Below are positions 1 through 10,304 of a stretch of 57,016 nucleotides of DNA, piece after piece. The stretch spans positions 1 to 57,016 of the forward strand of contig JAEOTC010000029.1 in the NCBI GenBank assembly GCA_016840035.1, given 5' to 3'. Made by a program: the position numbers and the translations under genes. The DNA is from Candidatus Hodarchaeota archaeon. Its GTDB lineage: Archaea; Asgardarchaeota; Heimdallarchaeia; Hodarchaeales; Hodarchaeaceae. The notes below the pieces were generated by a model. That model made no database searches and was not told where the DNA came from. It saw nothing but the letters and a program-made list of their open reading frames with translations. Numbering within the stretch: position 1 is the first letter of the stretch; each line of letters begins with the position of its first letter.

Positions 1-100
1 CGAAATCTAATGTTCGGTCACTCATTCCAGTCTTCAAATCTACACGGTAGGTATAGCGTTTTCCAAGATGAACATCGCTTACAATAATGAGCTTTGCCAT
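1..100 (-). CDS. mre11: Mre11/SbcD-family DNA repair nuclease, N-terminus only (runs off the window edge)
   Basis: Not in the ORF track. Manual translation from ATG at 100 gives MAKLIIVSDVHLGKRYTYRVDLKTGMSDRTLDF, with the metallophosphoesterase motif I (SDxHLG), directly downstream of herA and nurA. Confidence 0.85.
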   Translation of the reverse strand, partial: MAKLIIVSDVHLGKRYTYRVDLKTGMSDRTLDF

Positions 101-133
101 TCTGATCAATTCACATATGAATAACTAAACCAT

Positions 134-1720
134 CTACTCGAACATGTTATCTTTTTCTTCATCGGACAAGGAGTCTAGGGAATCACGAATTTCTTCAGTT
201 GTGGTTCCAATATGCCATTTTTGCATCATTGTATTCTCGTTATATTCTAATACGTCCATTGCTGTTGGAGCACGGATTGCATCCCCAAACATAAGTACTG
301 TTCTTGGGGGCATCGCTCGAACAATAGCACGCCATGCAGCGGGATCAACAGGCCCTGTTAGGGCATTAATGATATCTTTAGGGTCAGTTAACGAAAGAAT
401 GAATCGATTGGCCAACTGAGATAAGATCTCAGTATCAATTTTTGATGGACGCTGATCTACCATTGCCAATACTAGGTTAAATTTTCTCATTTCCCGTGCA
501 AGTTTATCGAAAATGGTTAGATGTGAGATTTTAGGATCCAAGAATTTATGGGCTTCTTCAAGAAGTACTACTAGACGTGGAAGTTCACTCATATCAACCA
601 TTTGACTATATTTGGTATATAACCGACGAGAAATAATATTTGCTACAAATATATAGGCAAGCGGATTGGCGCCAAATTTTCCAAAATCAATTACAATATT
701 TTGACCTGATTGAATATATTTCATTATTTCATTTAGGTTTCCTTCATCAGATCTTACTACAAAAGACAGATTCTCCAGTCTACTGATTTTTCTGGTTAGT
801 GCATTTAGCGAGTTACGATTAATTCGACTTGGTAATTCCTCTAATTCTGCTGTAGCATTTATTGCATCGATTAATGATTGTGATTTTCCCCTTCTCCTGT
901 CAATTTCATAGATAATATCAATCATAGTAGATGTAAGATCATCAAATGCAACAATCAGATCCCCAGGTTCTATCTCATTTTCTCCAATTAAAAGTGCATC
1001 ATCAGGTTGAGTACTTGTACTCGGATCTAAACTCAACAAGGTGACTTGATTTTCAAAAAAGAACTTCAATCCTGGAGAATTATCAGCTCGTGATCTCCAT
1101 CCATATTCAGATTGCATATCAAATACTAGTACCTGTGACACATCAGTTTTAATTATATTTCCAAGGATTATTTTATTGAGAAAGGTTTTTCCTGAATGTG
1201 TACGGCCATAAATTCCGAAAGGAACTTCAACAAGTTTTTTGAAATCTATTGGGATCTCAAATCCTTCGATTCCCCTCATAGTTCCGACCGATTCCGTGTA
1301 TTCTGGTAAATCTGTTTGATAGACCCGTTGTACATCCATCTTATTTGCTAAACGTCCCATAGAAAAATAAGGTGGAAGGGTCTCAAATTCCAATGTTTTC
1401 AGGGTTGACCTGTCAATCATTTGCACACATTGCAGTTCTGCAATACTATAGAAGGTTCGGCCTCTTGAAGTATCGATAGTGCTCATGGGTATTGTATTAC
1501 GTAGCTTTTCGGCATTAGCTAACATTGTAACCGCATTACTCGTTGGAAATTGAATATCAGAAATTATAGAAAAGAAATCATACTTTTTTCCCTCTATTAC
1601 GGCTGGGAAACCAATTTTTACCTCTTCGCTATCTGTTCGAAGTTTTAGTTGAATAGAGCTACTTACAGCTCCAGAAATAACTTCACCTAAGGCTTCTTTG
1701 GATTCAATATCTTCAGTCAT
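134..1720 (-). CDS. herA: HerA bipolar DNA helicase/translocase (FtsK-HerA ATPase)
   Basis: N-terminal HAS-barrel-like region, Walker A GRTHSGKT, Walker B VVLLEEAH, EMRKF arginine finger, DQRP motif; lies between nurA and mre11. Confidence 0.9.
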   Translation of the reverse strand: MTEDIESKEALGEVISGAVSSSIQLKLRTDSEEVKIGFPAVIEGKKYDFFSIISDIQFPTSNAVTMLANAEKLRNTIPMSTIDTSRGRTFYSIAELQCVQMIDRSTLKTLEFETLPPYFSMGRLANKMDVQRVYQTDLPEYTESVGTMRGIEGFEIPIDFKKLVEVPFGIYGRTHSGKTFLNKIILGNIIKTDVSQVLVFDMQSEYGWRSRADNSPGLKFFFENQVTLLSLDPSTSTQPDDALLIGENEIEPGDLIVAFDDLTSTMIDIIYEIDRRRGKSQSLIDAINATAELEELPSRINRNSLNALTRKISRLENLSFVVRSDEGNLNEIMKYIQSGQNIVIDFGKFGANPLAYIFVANIISRRLYTKYSQMVDMSELPRLVVLLEEAHKFLDPKISHLTIFDKLAREMRKFNLVLAMVDQRPSKIDTEILSQLANRFILSLTDPKDIINALTGPVDPAAWRAIVRAMPPRTVLMFGDAIRAPTAMDVLEYNENTMMQKWHIGTTTEEIRDSLDSLSDEEKDNMFE

Positions 1721-1746
1721 TTACTAATCCTCTAAATAATTGTCTT

Positions 1747-2793
1747 TTATCTTGTTGTTTCGTCTAAATATCGATGAAATGGATCTTTTTCTAAGTTCTC
1801 ATGAGTAATCATATACTGTAGTAATTCATCTTCTGTAAAACCGAGTTGAATTCCAGCTTCAATTAATTCGCTGTTATACATATCTGGTACACGTCGTAAT
1901 AAAGCGGCAATTGTATGAGCATCAACAAGAGGAAATGGATACCCAGGGAATGTATTGATTTGGGAATAATAGGCCAAATGAGACATAATTGTGCTAATGT
2001 CTTCTTTTACTGGATTAAAAATATCTACACGAAATGTTTTGACAGGTTTTTCATGTAATTTTGCCAAATATGTCATCCCAATGGAGGGGAATTTCTGTTG
2101 AGATTTGGGTACTGTAGGGATTTCCATATACAACATTTTATGATTATTTCGAGCTATCTCTCGCATAACTGCTTCATCAGTAAGCTCTGATCCAAGCCAA
2201 CGGGTTATATTTCTCTTGGAAACTCCAATTAAGAAGTTGTTATTCTTCTTGCAGGCACTAAGGATATTTCGAATAGTGTCTTCAAACTCCTTTATCTGGA
2301 CGTAAGTCAAAGCACCATCCATTACAATCAAAGAATTACTGTTTTTACTTGCTAGTTCTTCCACCATCTTAAACTCTGACAGGGTACGAAGTAATGAGAG
2401 GGTTTCGTTAATAGGGTCTTTACGGCCGATAATTCTTTGTATTTCGTTGTGTAATTTCTTTGTGTCTTGATTGTATTCATGAATATTGGGAGTATCAGGC
2501 GCAATTAAAACCGCTTCATCGTTTGATCCTTGCGTTAAGATACGGATAGGAGGCGTTTTTCCCTTCTTATACTCATAAACTACATGAGCAGATCGAATGA
2601 TAGCAATACGAGCATTTAAATCTGGATTATTCCAGATCCATCGACTAGAGCCGTCAATGGCAATCATCTTAGGAGGGTCTTCTTGATAATTAAATTTATG
2701 TAACTTGATGGACTGTTCAGCTTCTGCCTGCTTGATTGCTCGCTTCTGTGTCATCTGGATATGTTTCAAGAAGTCATGAAAGGATTTTTTCAC
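1747..2793 (-). CDS. nurA: NurA 5'-3' nuclease
   Basis: IAIDGS, IVMDG and C-terminal GYPFPLVDAH motifs; GTG start with AGGAG upstream; adjacent to herA. Confidence 0.9.
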   Translation of the reverse strand: MKKSFHDFLKHIQMTQKRAIKQAEAEQSIKLHKFNYQEDPPKMIAIDGSSRWIWNNPDLNARIAIIRSAHVVYEYKKGKTPPIRILTQGSNDEAVLIAPDTPNIHEYNQDTKKLHNEIQRIIGRKDPINETLSLLRTLSEFKMVEELASKNSNSLIVMDGALTYVQIKEFEDTIRNILSACKKNNNFLIGVSKRNITRWLGSELTDEAVMREIARNNHKMLYMEIPTVPKSQQKFPSIGMTYLAKLHEKPVKTFRVDIFNPVKEDISTIMSHLAYYSQINTFPGYPFPLVDAHTIAALLRRVPDMYNSELIEAGIQLGFTEDELLQYMITHENLEKDPFHRYLDETTR

Positions 2794-2825
2794 TCTTTAT
2801 TACTCCTAACCCGATAAAAATCGTC

Positions 2826-2843
2826 CTACTAATAGTTTAGTAG
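2826..2843. promoter_or_regulatory. Inverted repeat CTACTAA-N4-TTAGTAG upstream of nurA, candidate operator
   Basis: Perfect 7-bp arms located 33-50 bp upstream of the nurA start. Confidence 0.3.
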
Positions 2844-3179
2844 TAATCAAACTTAATTCATAAGTTCTTCTTTTTAATCTTTCAGTATGCTCTAGTAAAA
2901 GTAATTATCGAAATATTTCTGTATTTCTTCGTACGAGCTATAATAAAATTAGGAATCTTTCAATCATTGACCATGTGACTTGATCTCTAGTGTGTTACTT
3001 AAGATTTGGAAACAATTGATAGAAGTATTATCTTGAAAGTTGTATTAAGGAGTTCTTGTTAATCTAAAACTCCACTAACTTTGAAAATTTCCTCCTTGTA
3101 TCTATTATTTTATAGGTTCATGGTAAAGTGGACTCCCACAACCCAATAATCTTAAAGTTTTAAATATTGAAATTTACCT

Positions 3180-4610
3180 ATGGCTCCGATCAACATGAAA
3201 GCGTTCACAAAACTCTTTGAACGCGAAGTTATTGACGTTATGAGAGATTCTAAAGTTCCTGGAATGTCTGTGCTAATAACACAAGATAATAAAGTAATTT
3301 ATGATCGTGGTTTCGGTTATCGAGATCTTGTAAAGCGGAAACCAGCAACAAGCGAAACTATTTACGGAATTGCTTCAATAACCAAGTCTATGACCTCTTT
3401 AGCCATTTTACAGTTACATCAAACAGGAAAATTAAATATTCACAACCCCATAACCGATTATCTACCTATTGATATAGAATTTAAGGAACAACCAATTACA
3501 CTCCATCATTTAATGAGTCATTCATCTGGTATGCCAAGTTTGGATACATATGCATTCATGATGATCAACCAAGGGTACCTGGCAAACATTCCTACTTTGC
3601 CATTGGGAACATGGGAAGATTTCTATACACTGATTTCGGAGGCCCAAAGCGAATTGATCTCTCCTCCTGATTCAAAATACTACTATTGGAATGGAGGATT
3701 TACATTACTTGGTCAAATAATTGAAAAAGTTACAGGAATGTCGTATGAGGAATATATGCAACAAAAAATTTTCAATAAGCTGGGAATGAATAGAAGTACA
3801 TTTTTTAGAGAAGATTTAGGGCGAGACTCTAATGTGTCCTCTGGTTATAACTATTCATTTGATGGTACTAATATAAAACGCGCCCCCTTACCTCATCTAT
3901 CAAGTCCATTCGTAGCAAGCGCTGGAGGACTCAATACCTCAGCTCAAGAGCTTTCAAACTACTTACAAATGCATTTAAATAAGGGAACCTTCAATGATAA
4001 TAAAATAATTGATGAAACACCTCTAGAAGAAATGTATAAGCCCCATAATAGACATTCAAAAGTGAAAAATACTGAATTTTATGGATATGATGGAAATACT
4101 ACGTCTCATTATGGGTATGGGTTAAATATCTACAAGAACTATTATGGAAACACTTTAATTACACACTATGGTTATAGTGGATTCTCTGGGGGAGTTGTTG
4201 GTATTATACCAGAATTAAACATTACTTATGTACAGTTGTATAACGTGGCATGGGTTCCCCCATACCTTGCTCATACTGCCTTTGTATCATTAATGGGGAA
4301 GAATCCAGAGAAAATAATGCCTTTCTACATTCGCCGAAAACTTTATGCTAAATTATGTGGTTCTTATGAAAACTATAAAGGAATTACAAAAATAACCATT
4401 GAAAAGAGAAATGGAATGCTATATTTAATTGATAAGAACTGGATGGATCCATTTATTTTCGTCTTAATCCCAAAAGATCTTTCAAACCCCGAGAGTATGA
4501 ATTTCTATACCATAACACCAGTTGGAACTTTGGATATTGAATTCGTTAAGCCTATCGATAAACCTCTGATTTGTGAGTATGAACGTCGAATTTTTCATAA
4601 AACCACCTGA
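3180..4610 (+). CDS. Cytoplasmic serine hydrolase of the beta-lactamase/PBP fold (CubicO/Pab87-like peptidase)
   Basis: SxxK (ASITK), YxN (YWN), LMSHSSG, HYG triad; C-terminal extra domain resembling the Pab87 oligomerisation domain; no signal peptide. Confidence 0.8.
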   Translation: MAPINMKAFTKLFEREVIDVMRDSKVPGMSVLITQDNKVIYDRGFGYRDLVKRKPATSETIYGIASITKSMTSLAILQLHQTGKLNIHNPITDYLPIDIEFKEQPITLHHLMSHSSGMPSLDTYAFMMINQGYLANIPTLPLGTWEDFYTLISEAQSELISPPDSKYYYWNGGFTLLGQIIEKVTGMSYEEYMQQKIFNKLGMNRSTFFREDLGRDSNVSSGYNYSFDGTNIKRAPLPHLSSPFVASAGGLNTSAQELSNYLQMHLNKGTFNDNKIIDETPLEEMYKPHNRHSKVKNTEFYGYDGNTTSHYGYGLNIYKNYYGNTLITHYGYSGFSGGVVGIIPELNITYVQLYNVAWVPPYLAHTAFVSLMGKNPEKIMPFYIRRKLYAKLCGSYENYKGITKITIEKRNGMLYLIDKNWMDPFIFVLIPKDLSNPESMNFYTITPVGTLDIEFVKPIDKPLICEYERRIFHKTT

Positions 4611-4636
4611 TTTGGAACAAAGGAGTTACCTTCTTA

Positions 4637-5914
4637 CTACTTTCTCTTTTTCCATAGTAAGACTAGGATAATTAAGGTCAGTTCAAGAGTAAGAAAGGGA
4701 GTTTGCCTGCTAGTTGTGTCAGTGCTACTTGATTGAAGTTCGGTTGTACTTGATGATGTATCAGATGTAGATACTTCAGATTCTGATGTTTCTGTGGATT
4801 CTGTTGTAGTGGTGACAGATACATCCGTTGTTGTTGGTGAAGTAGTTTTGGTGAGATTCCATGTTGGGAGACCGGCGGCTCCTCGTACTGCATTTGTTAC
4901 ATTTAATAGTCCATATCCGTAATCATTATCTTTTCCTGGAGTACCCATATCTGTGGCAGTAGAAGTAAGTATTGATCGTACGTCGCTGGGGGATAGACTC
5001 TGATTAATTGATTTCATAAGGGCAAAACAACCACTCACATGAGGTGCAGCAAAAGATGTTCCTGATGCTAATCTTCCATCTACGGGTGCAAGTCCTCCTC
5101 CTGGAGCACAAATCTCATTTTCAGATCCTGATCTAGAGAAATACGACTTAAGGCCATTGCCACTAATTGAGGATGTGGCTATGACCTCTGGAAACTTTCC
5201 TGGATATTGTACACCCGTGGTAGTGGGATCATCCCATGTATTTCCAGTAATCCCCACAACAACGATCCCCTCCATTAAAGCTCTTTGTAAAATCTGGTGA
5301 AAACTGGTAGGTGATGTACCATAATTCCAGATACTTAGATTTATGATGTCTGCACCCATGTTGATGGAATAATTGACTGCATTTACGATTTCTGGCCAAA
5401 AGCTTCCGTTAAAACCTCCAGTATCGTCTAGTATTCGAATATCCATTATCGAAACATTTGATGCAACTTCTTTTACCCAATTAGCTACATTTGTTCCATG
5501 CCAGTAGCTTCCAGATTCATAGGGGGCATTATCTGAGGTTACAAAATCCCACCCTAAATGATCATCAATAAAACCATTATTATCATCATCAATACCGTTT
5601 GTTGCATTCTCTGCTGAATTATTCCATGCCATTCCTTGTAAGTTTACTAATGAAAAATCAACTCCAGAATCAATAACTGCAACGATGATATCCTTAGATC
5701 CATTTGTTAGTTCCCAAGCTCCAGTTACACTAATAGATTCGAGATTCCAGCTCAATTGATTATTTGATATACGAATTTCATTTGTGCCTGCCTCATACGA
5801 TCTCATTTCACCTTTCTCGTGAGTAGAGACAAGAAAAATTGTTGAAGAAATAGTAAAAATTACTAATAAAATGATAGTCGCATTCTTTATGAACTTATTT
5901 TGGACTTTCATCAT
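4637..5914 (-). CDS. Secreted, surface-anchored S8 subtilisin-like serine protease
   Basis: Catalytic triad VAVIDSG / HGTNVA / SGTSFAAPHV; N-terminal hydrophobic signal; Thr/Ser-rich stalk, then TM and KKRK tail. Confidence 0.9.
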   Translation of the reverse strand: MMKVQNKFIKNATIILLVIFTISSTIFLVSTHEKGEMRSYEAGTNEIRISNNQLSWNLESISVTGAWELTNGSKDIIVAVIDSGVDFSLVNLQGMAWNNSAENATNGIDDDNNGFIDDHLGWDFVTSDNAPYESGSYWHGTNVANWVKEVASNVSIMDIRILDDTGGFNGSFWPEIVNAVNYSINMGADIINLSIWNYGTSPTSFHQILQRALMEGIVVVGITGNTWDDPTTTGVQYPGKFPEVIATSSISGNGLKSYFSRSGSENEICAPGGGLAPVDGRLASGTSFAAPHVSGCFALMKSINQSLSPSDVRSILTSTATDMGTPGKDNDYGYGLLNVTNAVRGAAGLPTWNLTKTTSPTTTDVSVTTTTESTETSESEVSTSDTSSSTTELQSSSTDTTSRQTPFLTLELTLIILVLLWKKRK

Positions 5915-5920
5915 CTTCTC

Positions 5921-7267
5921 TTATTTCTGATTAATATTATTTTTTCTTTTGCTTTTTAATATAAAAAAAACGGTTAGAATCATTTCTAATATGATTAGAT
6001 TCGTCGTTTGAACTGATGTAGTTGTAATAGTAGTTATAGTAGTAGTTGTTGTTAATCCTTCAGTTGCACTTGCAGTAGATGAAGTATTATCCCCATTAGG
6101 ATCGCTAGTAGAACCAGTTGTCTCCGTTGAAGATAGAGGGGGATCGGTTGCAGGGATAATATAACTTTGCATAAGTCCAAAGCCATATCCTAATAGAAAA
6201 GTCTCCTCATCACTGGTGAAGACAACTACTAAATCTTTCTCAGGAATTACATAGATGTTTTGACCATGCCATCCATGGGCTTGGATATGACGTATATCAG
6301 TTTTAGATAACCACCATAAATATCCATATGCATACTGGGCAGAATGAGTGATAGAAACATGTTCCATTATAGATTTTTTGACCCATTCTTCAGAGATTAA
6401 TTGTGTCTCCTCCCAGGATCCATTCTGTAACATTAAGAAACCAATCTTAGCCATATCACGTGAAGTTAAAGAAAGATAGGTCTCCCCCTGTGTAATCCCT
6501 TGAGGATCTTTACCCCAAGAGTAGTCAGTAATGTTGAGAGGAGAAAACAGATACTCCTCTGCAAAGCTTTCCATTGTGTCATTATAGACTGTTTGAATAA
6601 TGGCCGAGAGAAGGTGACAATTGCCACCATTATAATTAAAGAGTGTACCTGGTGAAGCTACCATGGGTTTATCAAGAATGTACTGAATCCAATCGTTTGA
6701 TGAATCCCTCATTTTTTTAAAGTCATTTAATGGATTATCATAAGCAACCCACCATTCTTCCCACTCTAAACCAGATGTCATTGTTAATAAGTGCTCTATT
6801 GTGATATTTTGCTTCATCGCATCTATATTCTGAAAGGTTTTATTTGGAAAAAAATCGACCACTGTTTGATTCGCACCTATTAAATATCCCTTATCTATCG
6901 CTATTCCAACTAATGTAGCCGTTATACTTTTTGTTACCGAATAAACCCAGTGAGGAATATTCTTTCTGCTTTCCACTCCGAAATATTCTTCTTCAACAAG
7001 GTATCCATTCCTTACAATTAGCATGGAGTGAATTTCTTTGTTAAAACGATCGATATATGATTTTAATGAACTAATTTTACTAGGATCCATATTCTGTTCG
7101 AGAAGAGTCGATACTGTCCAGTTTTCAGTTGGCCAAGGTATATTTTCAGAATAGCTATTATATTCATTTAGATTATCCGCTTTTAACACATAATCAGCTG
7201 GTGAAGCATAATTCACGAGTAGAATAACAAGAAGTAATAATCCTACTTTGAAGATCGATCTGCGCAT
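5921..7267 (-). CDS. Secreted, surface-anchored beta-lactamase-fold serine hydrolase (class C/NylB-like family)
   Basis: YSVTKS (SxxK), LLTMTSG, FNYN, AHGWHGQ; signal peptide; Thr-rich stalk, then TM and basic tail. Confidence 0.85.
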   Translation of the reverse strand: MRRSIFKVGLLLLVILLVNYASPADYVLKADNLNEYNSYSENIPWPTENWTVSTLLEQNMDPSKISSLKSYIDRFNKEIHSMLIVRNGYLVEEEYFGVESRKNIPHWVYSVTKSITATLVGIAIDKGYLIGANQTVVDFFPNKTFQNIDAMKQNITIEHLLTMTSGLEWEEWWVAYDNPLNDFKKMRDSSNDWIQYILDKPMVASPGTLFNYNGGNCHLLSAIIQTVYNDTMESFAEEYLFSPLNITDYSWGKDPQGITQGETYLSLTSRDMAKIGFLMLQNGSWEETQLISEEWVKKSIMEHVSITHSAQYAYGYLWWLSKTDIRHIQAHGWHGQNIYVIPEKDLVVVFTSDEETFLLGYGFGLMQSYIIPATDPPLSSTETTGSTSDPNGDNTSSTASATEGLTTTTTITTITTTSVQTTNLIILEMILTVFFILKSKRKNNINQK

Positions 7268-7287
7268 TCTTGAAGGTGAAAATCTTA

Positions 7288-8343
7288 CTATTCTACCTCA
7301 CCTTCTTTAACAAGGTTATTTACTTCTTTAAATCTGATGCATGCAACCAAGTGTGTCGGATCTGCTTCTAATAAGTCAGGATCAGTTTCTTTACATTTTT
7401 CTTCAGCATATATACATCTAGGATTGAATCTACATCCTTGAGGAAGGATTAGACCACTCGGAATCTCACCAACGATTGGAATCTCTTCAGTTCGAGTCGC
7501 TTCAGGATCAGGGTCAGGGACAGCCGAGATTAAAGCCTTCGTATAGGGATGCAAGGGATTATTGATAACATCCTCTGTTTTTCCTAGTTCCACTATTCGA
7601 CCTAAATACATCACTCCTATACGATCACACATATAACGAGCCAATGCTAGGTCATGAGTGATGAAAAGAAAGGCGGTTTGAAACTTTTTGACCAGATCCT
7701 TCATTATTCTCAAAACTCCTACCCTGATAGAAACATCTAGCATACTAACAGGCTCATCTGCAACAATAAAAGAAGGATTCAATGTGTAGGCACGAGCCAC
7801 TCCGACTCGTTGACGCATTCCTCCAGATAGCTCATGAGGATATCGGTCAAGGAAATCCTCTGTTTGTGGAAGTCCGACTGATTTAAGAGTCTCTTTAACT
7901 CTTTCAACAACTTCATCTTCACTGTTATATATCTTAAGTAACCTTAGTGGCTCTGCAATTGTGTCTAAAACACTAAAGCGAGGGCTTAAAGATTCGTAAG
8001 GATTTTGAAAAATAATTTGCATTTCTTTTCGTTTTGTCTTAATTTCACCTTCCGATAGTTGGGAAATATCTTCATTTCTGAAATTAATGACTCCACTAGT
8101 CGGTTCAATGAGTTTAAGTAGAAGTAATCCAACTGTTGTTTTTCCACAACCAGATTCGCCTACTAGTCCAAAAGTTTCTCCAGCAGAGATCTTAAAACTG
8201 ACTTTATCTACCGCGTGTACCTTTAAATCGATAGGTTCCTTACCTCGGTAAAAGAATTGTTCTCTTAGAGTTTGTGTAAGAGATTTTTTTAATGGGAAAT
8301 GCTTCACTAAATTAGTAACCTCAATTATTACATCCTGATTCAT
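7288..8343 (-). CDS. oppF: Oligopeptide/dipeptide ABC transporter ATP-binding subunit (OppF/DppF type)
   Basis: GESGCGKT, LSGGMRQR, ADEP, C-terminal HPYT...GCRFNPRC oligo_HPY domain. Confidence 0.9.
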   Translation of the reverse strand: MNQDVIIEVTNLVKHFPLKKSLTQTLREQFFYRGKEPIDLKVHAVDKVSFKISAGETFGLVGESGCGKTTVGLLLLKLIEPTSGVINFRNEDISQLSEGEIKTKRKEMQIIFQNPYESLSPRFSVLDTIAEPLRLLKIYNSEDEVVERVKETLKSVGLPQTEDFLDRYPHELSGGMRQRVGVARAYTLNPSFIVADEPVSMLDVSIRVGVLRIMKDLVKKFQTAFLFITHDLALARYMCDRIGVMYLGRIVELGKTEDVINNPLHPYTKALISAVPDPDPEATRTEEIPIVGEIPSGLILPQGCRFNPRCIYAEEKCKETDPDLLEADPTHLVACIRFKEVNNLVKEGEVE

Positions 8344-8366
8344 ACATTACACATCCTTTCATCGAT

Positions 8367-9317
8367 TTAGTATAAATGACAAGCAACATACCCATCTTTT
8401 CTACTATCGGTATACGCTGGATTTTTCTTTTTGCAAATATCCATAACTTTTGGACATCTTGGATGAAATCTGCATCCAGAGGGTGGAGTCAAAAGATCTG
8501 GTGGAGCTCCTTTTATCTCTTTGAGTTCCATCCTTGGACCAGTAAGACTAGGGAATGCGCTAAGGAGAGCTGCAGTATAAGGATGGAGGGGTTCTTTGAA
8601 GATATCTCGGTTCTCACCAAATTCTACCAATTTTCCAGCATACATGATTGCAGTTTTATCACATATCTCAGCAATGACGGACAGATCGTGAGTGATTATA
8701 ATCATTGATAATCCAAGTCGATCTTTCAAGCTTTTTACAGATTTAAGAACTTGAGACTGAACTATTACATCGAGAGCTGTCACTGGTTCATCAGCCATAA
8801 TAATATCCGGATTAGAAACTAAAGAAAGAGCAATCAATGCTCTCTGTTGCATTCCACCTGATAATTGATGAGGATAATCTCGAGCTCGTTCAGGATCAAT
8901 ACCAACACTTGTCAGGACATCAAAAACTCTATTGTATCCTTCCTCTTTAGAAACATCAGGTTCATGAATCTTAATTACTTCAAAAATTTGATTTCCAACT
9001 CTATGGACCGGATTTAAAGCATTCATTGCCCCTTGGAAAATCATAGAGATTTTGCTACCTCTGATATCCTTCATTTCTTTCTTGGATAACTTTCCAAGGT
9101 CTTTTGACTTGTAAGTAATATTTCCTTCAATTTTTCCTGGAGGTTGTATCATTCGCATGATTGATAGACATGTTGTGGTTTTACCACAACCAGATTCTCC
9201 TGCAAGACCAAGAGTTTGCTCTTTTTCTAATTTGAACGAAACGTCATCAACAGCTTTTACTATCCCCGCTCGAGTATAAAAGTACGTTTTGAGATTGTTA
9301 ACTTCGAGTAATACCAT
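8367..9317 (-). CDS. oppD: Oligopeptide/dipeptide ABC transporter ATP-binding subunit (OppD/DppD type)
   Basis: GESGCGKT, LSGGMQQR, ADEP, HPYT...GCRFHPRC. Confidence 0.9.
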   Translation of the reverse strand: MVLLEVNNLKTYFYTRAGIVKAVDDVSFKLEKEQTLGLAGESGCGKTTTCLSIMRMIQPPGKIEGNITYKSKDLGKLSKKEMKDIRGSKISMIFQGAMNALNPVHRVGNQIFEVIKIHEPDVSKEEGYNRVFDVLTSVGIDPERARDYPHQLSGGMQQRALIALSLVSNPDIIMADEPVTALDVIVQSQVLKSVKSLKDRLGLSMIIITHDLSVIAEICDKTAIMYAGKLVEFGENRDIFKEPLHPYTAALLSAFPSLTGPRMELKEIKGAPPDLLTPPSGCRFHPRCPKVMDICKKKNPAYTDSRKDGYVACHLY

Positions 9318-9321
9318 ATTC

Positions 9322-10293
9322 TCATCTCTTTCTTAGGCGAGGATTTACAATTGCATCTAATGCAATTCCAATGAACGCAAAGCTTATTCCAATAAGGGCA
9401 ATAAGAATTGCTGGCGGAAACATAAGCCACCATGCACCACGGGTGAATGCGGCTTCAGCTTGGGCAGTATTTAATATAAAGCCTAAAGACCAGTTAAGTG
9501 GATCACTAAATCCGAGGTAGGCTAAAAAAGCTTCAAAAAGAATTGCTTGACGCATCGCTGTGATCATCATGGTTATCATCAACGGGAACACATTTGGTAA
9601 AATGTGTTTGAATATTATGTAAGGTGTTGAAGCTCCCGCTGCTTTGGCACTCAGGACAAAAGTCCGTTCTTTAAGAGATAGCGCTTGTCCACGAATGAGA
9701 CGGGCTGAAACTGGCCAGTAAATAGCTACTATAAGAATAGCAGTGAGCTCCCATGTAGTAGTCCCTCCACCAATTTCTGGTACTGATGCTAACATCAATA
9801 ACAATGGTAATGGAGGTATTACTAAAATCACTTCAGAAATTCTCATGATAACTGCATCTACCTTTCCTCCAACATAAGCACTAGAAACACCAATAATTGT
9901 TCCTAAGAGAACAACAAATATACCAGATATGAATGCAACTGCGAGAGATACGCGGAGGCCGAAAAAGAGAAGTGTATAAACATCAAACCCAAGTTCAGTT
10001 GTACCAAAAGGATGATCTGAGAATGGATTCCAAAATGGACCAAGTTCGATAGTAGTAAACGGTATGGGGATGGTCCATACTCTAGGGTCCATACCTGATT
10101 CCTGAAGATTGATCTCGTCCGGGCCAGGAGGACCATAGGGAGTTAATCCGTCTGCTGTTATTGCTAGTACAATGAGAATTACTAAAATTACTATTCCGAT
10201 AACACCAAGCCGATTGGATTTATAGACTGTCCAAAACTTTTTCCAAGTCTTCCAACGTCTTTGTAGAGTTTTATTACTTTGTAATTTGTACAT
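9322..10293 (-). CDS. oppC: Oligopeptide ABC transporter permease (OppC/DppC type)
   Basis: HPFGTTELGFDV, EAA-like loop SAKAAGAS...HILPN, multiple TMs. Confidence 0.9.
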   Translation of the reverse strand: MYKLQSNKTLQRRWKTWKKFWTVYKSNRLGVIGIVILVILIVLAITADGLTPYGPPGPDEINLQESGMDPRVWTIPIPFTTIELGPFWNPFSDHPFGTTELGFDVYTLLFFGLRVSLAVAFISGIFVVLLGTIIGVSSAYVGGKVDAVIMRISEVILVIPPLPLLLMLASVPEIGGGTTTWELTAILIVAIYWPVSARLIRGQALSLKERTFVLSAKAAGASTPYIIFKHILPNVFPLMITMMITAMRQAILFEAFLAYLGFSDPLNWSLGFILNTAQAEAAFTRGAWWLMFPPAILIALIGISFAFIGIALDAIVNPRLRKR

Positions 10294-10304
10294 AATTCTA
10301 CCTC

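Noticed and set aside
134-1720. HerA as part of an anti-phage system (e.g. Sir2-HerA type)
   Set aside because: Flanked by nurA and mre11, the housekeeping repair context; no defence effector is adjacent
4730-4850. Low-complexity GTT/GTA-rich DNA (also near 6020-6060, 11890-11940 and 56770-56820) as possible tandem repeats or CRISPR
   Set aside because: These encode Thr/Ser-rich protein stalks; there are no identical repeats with unique spacers
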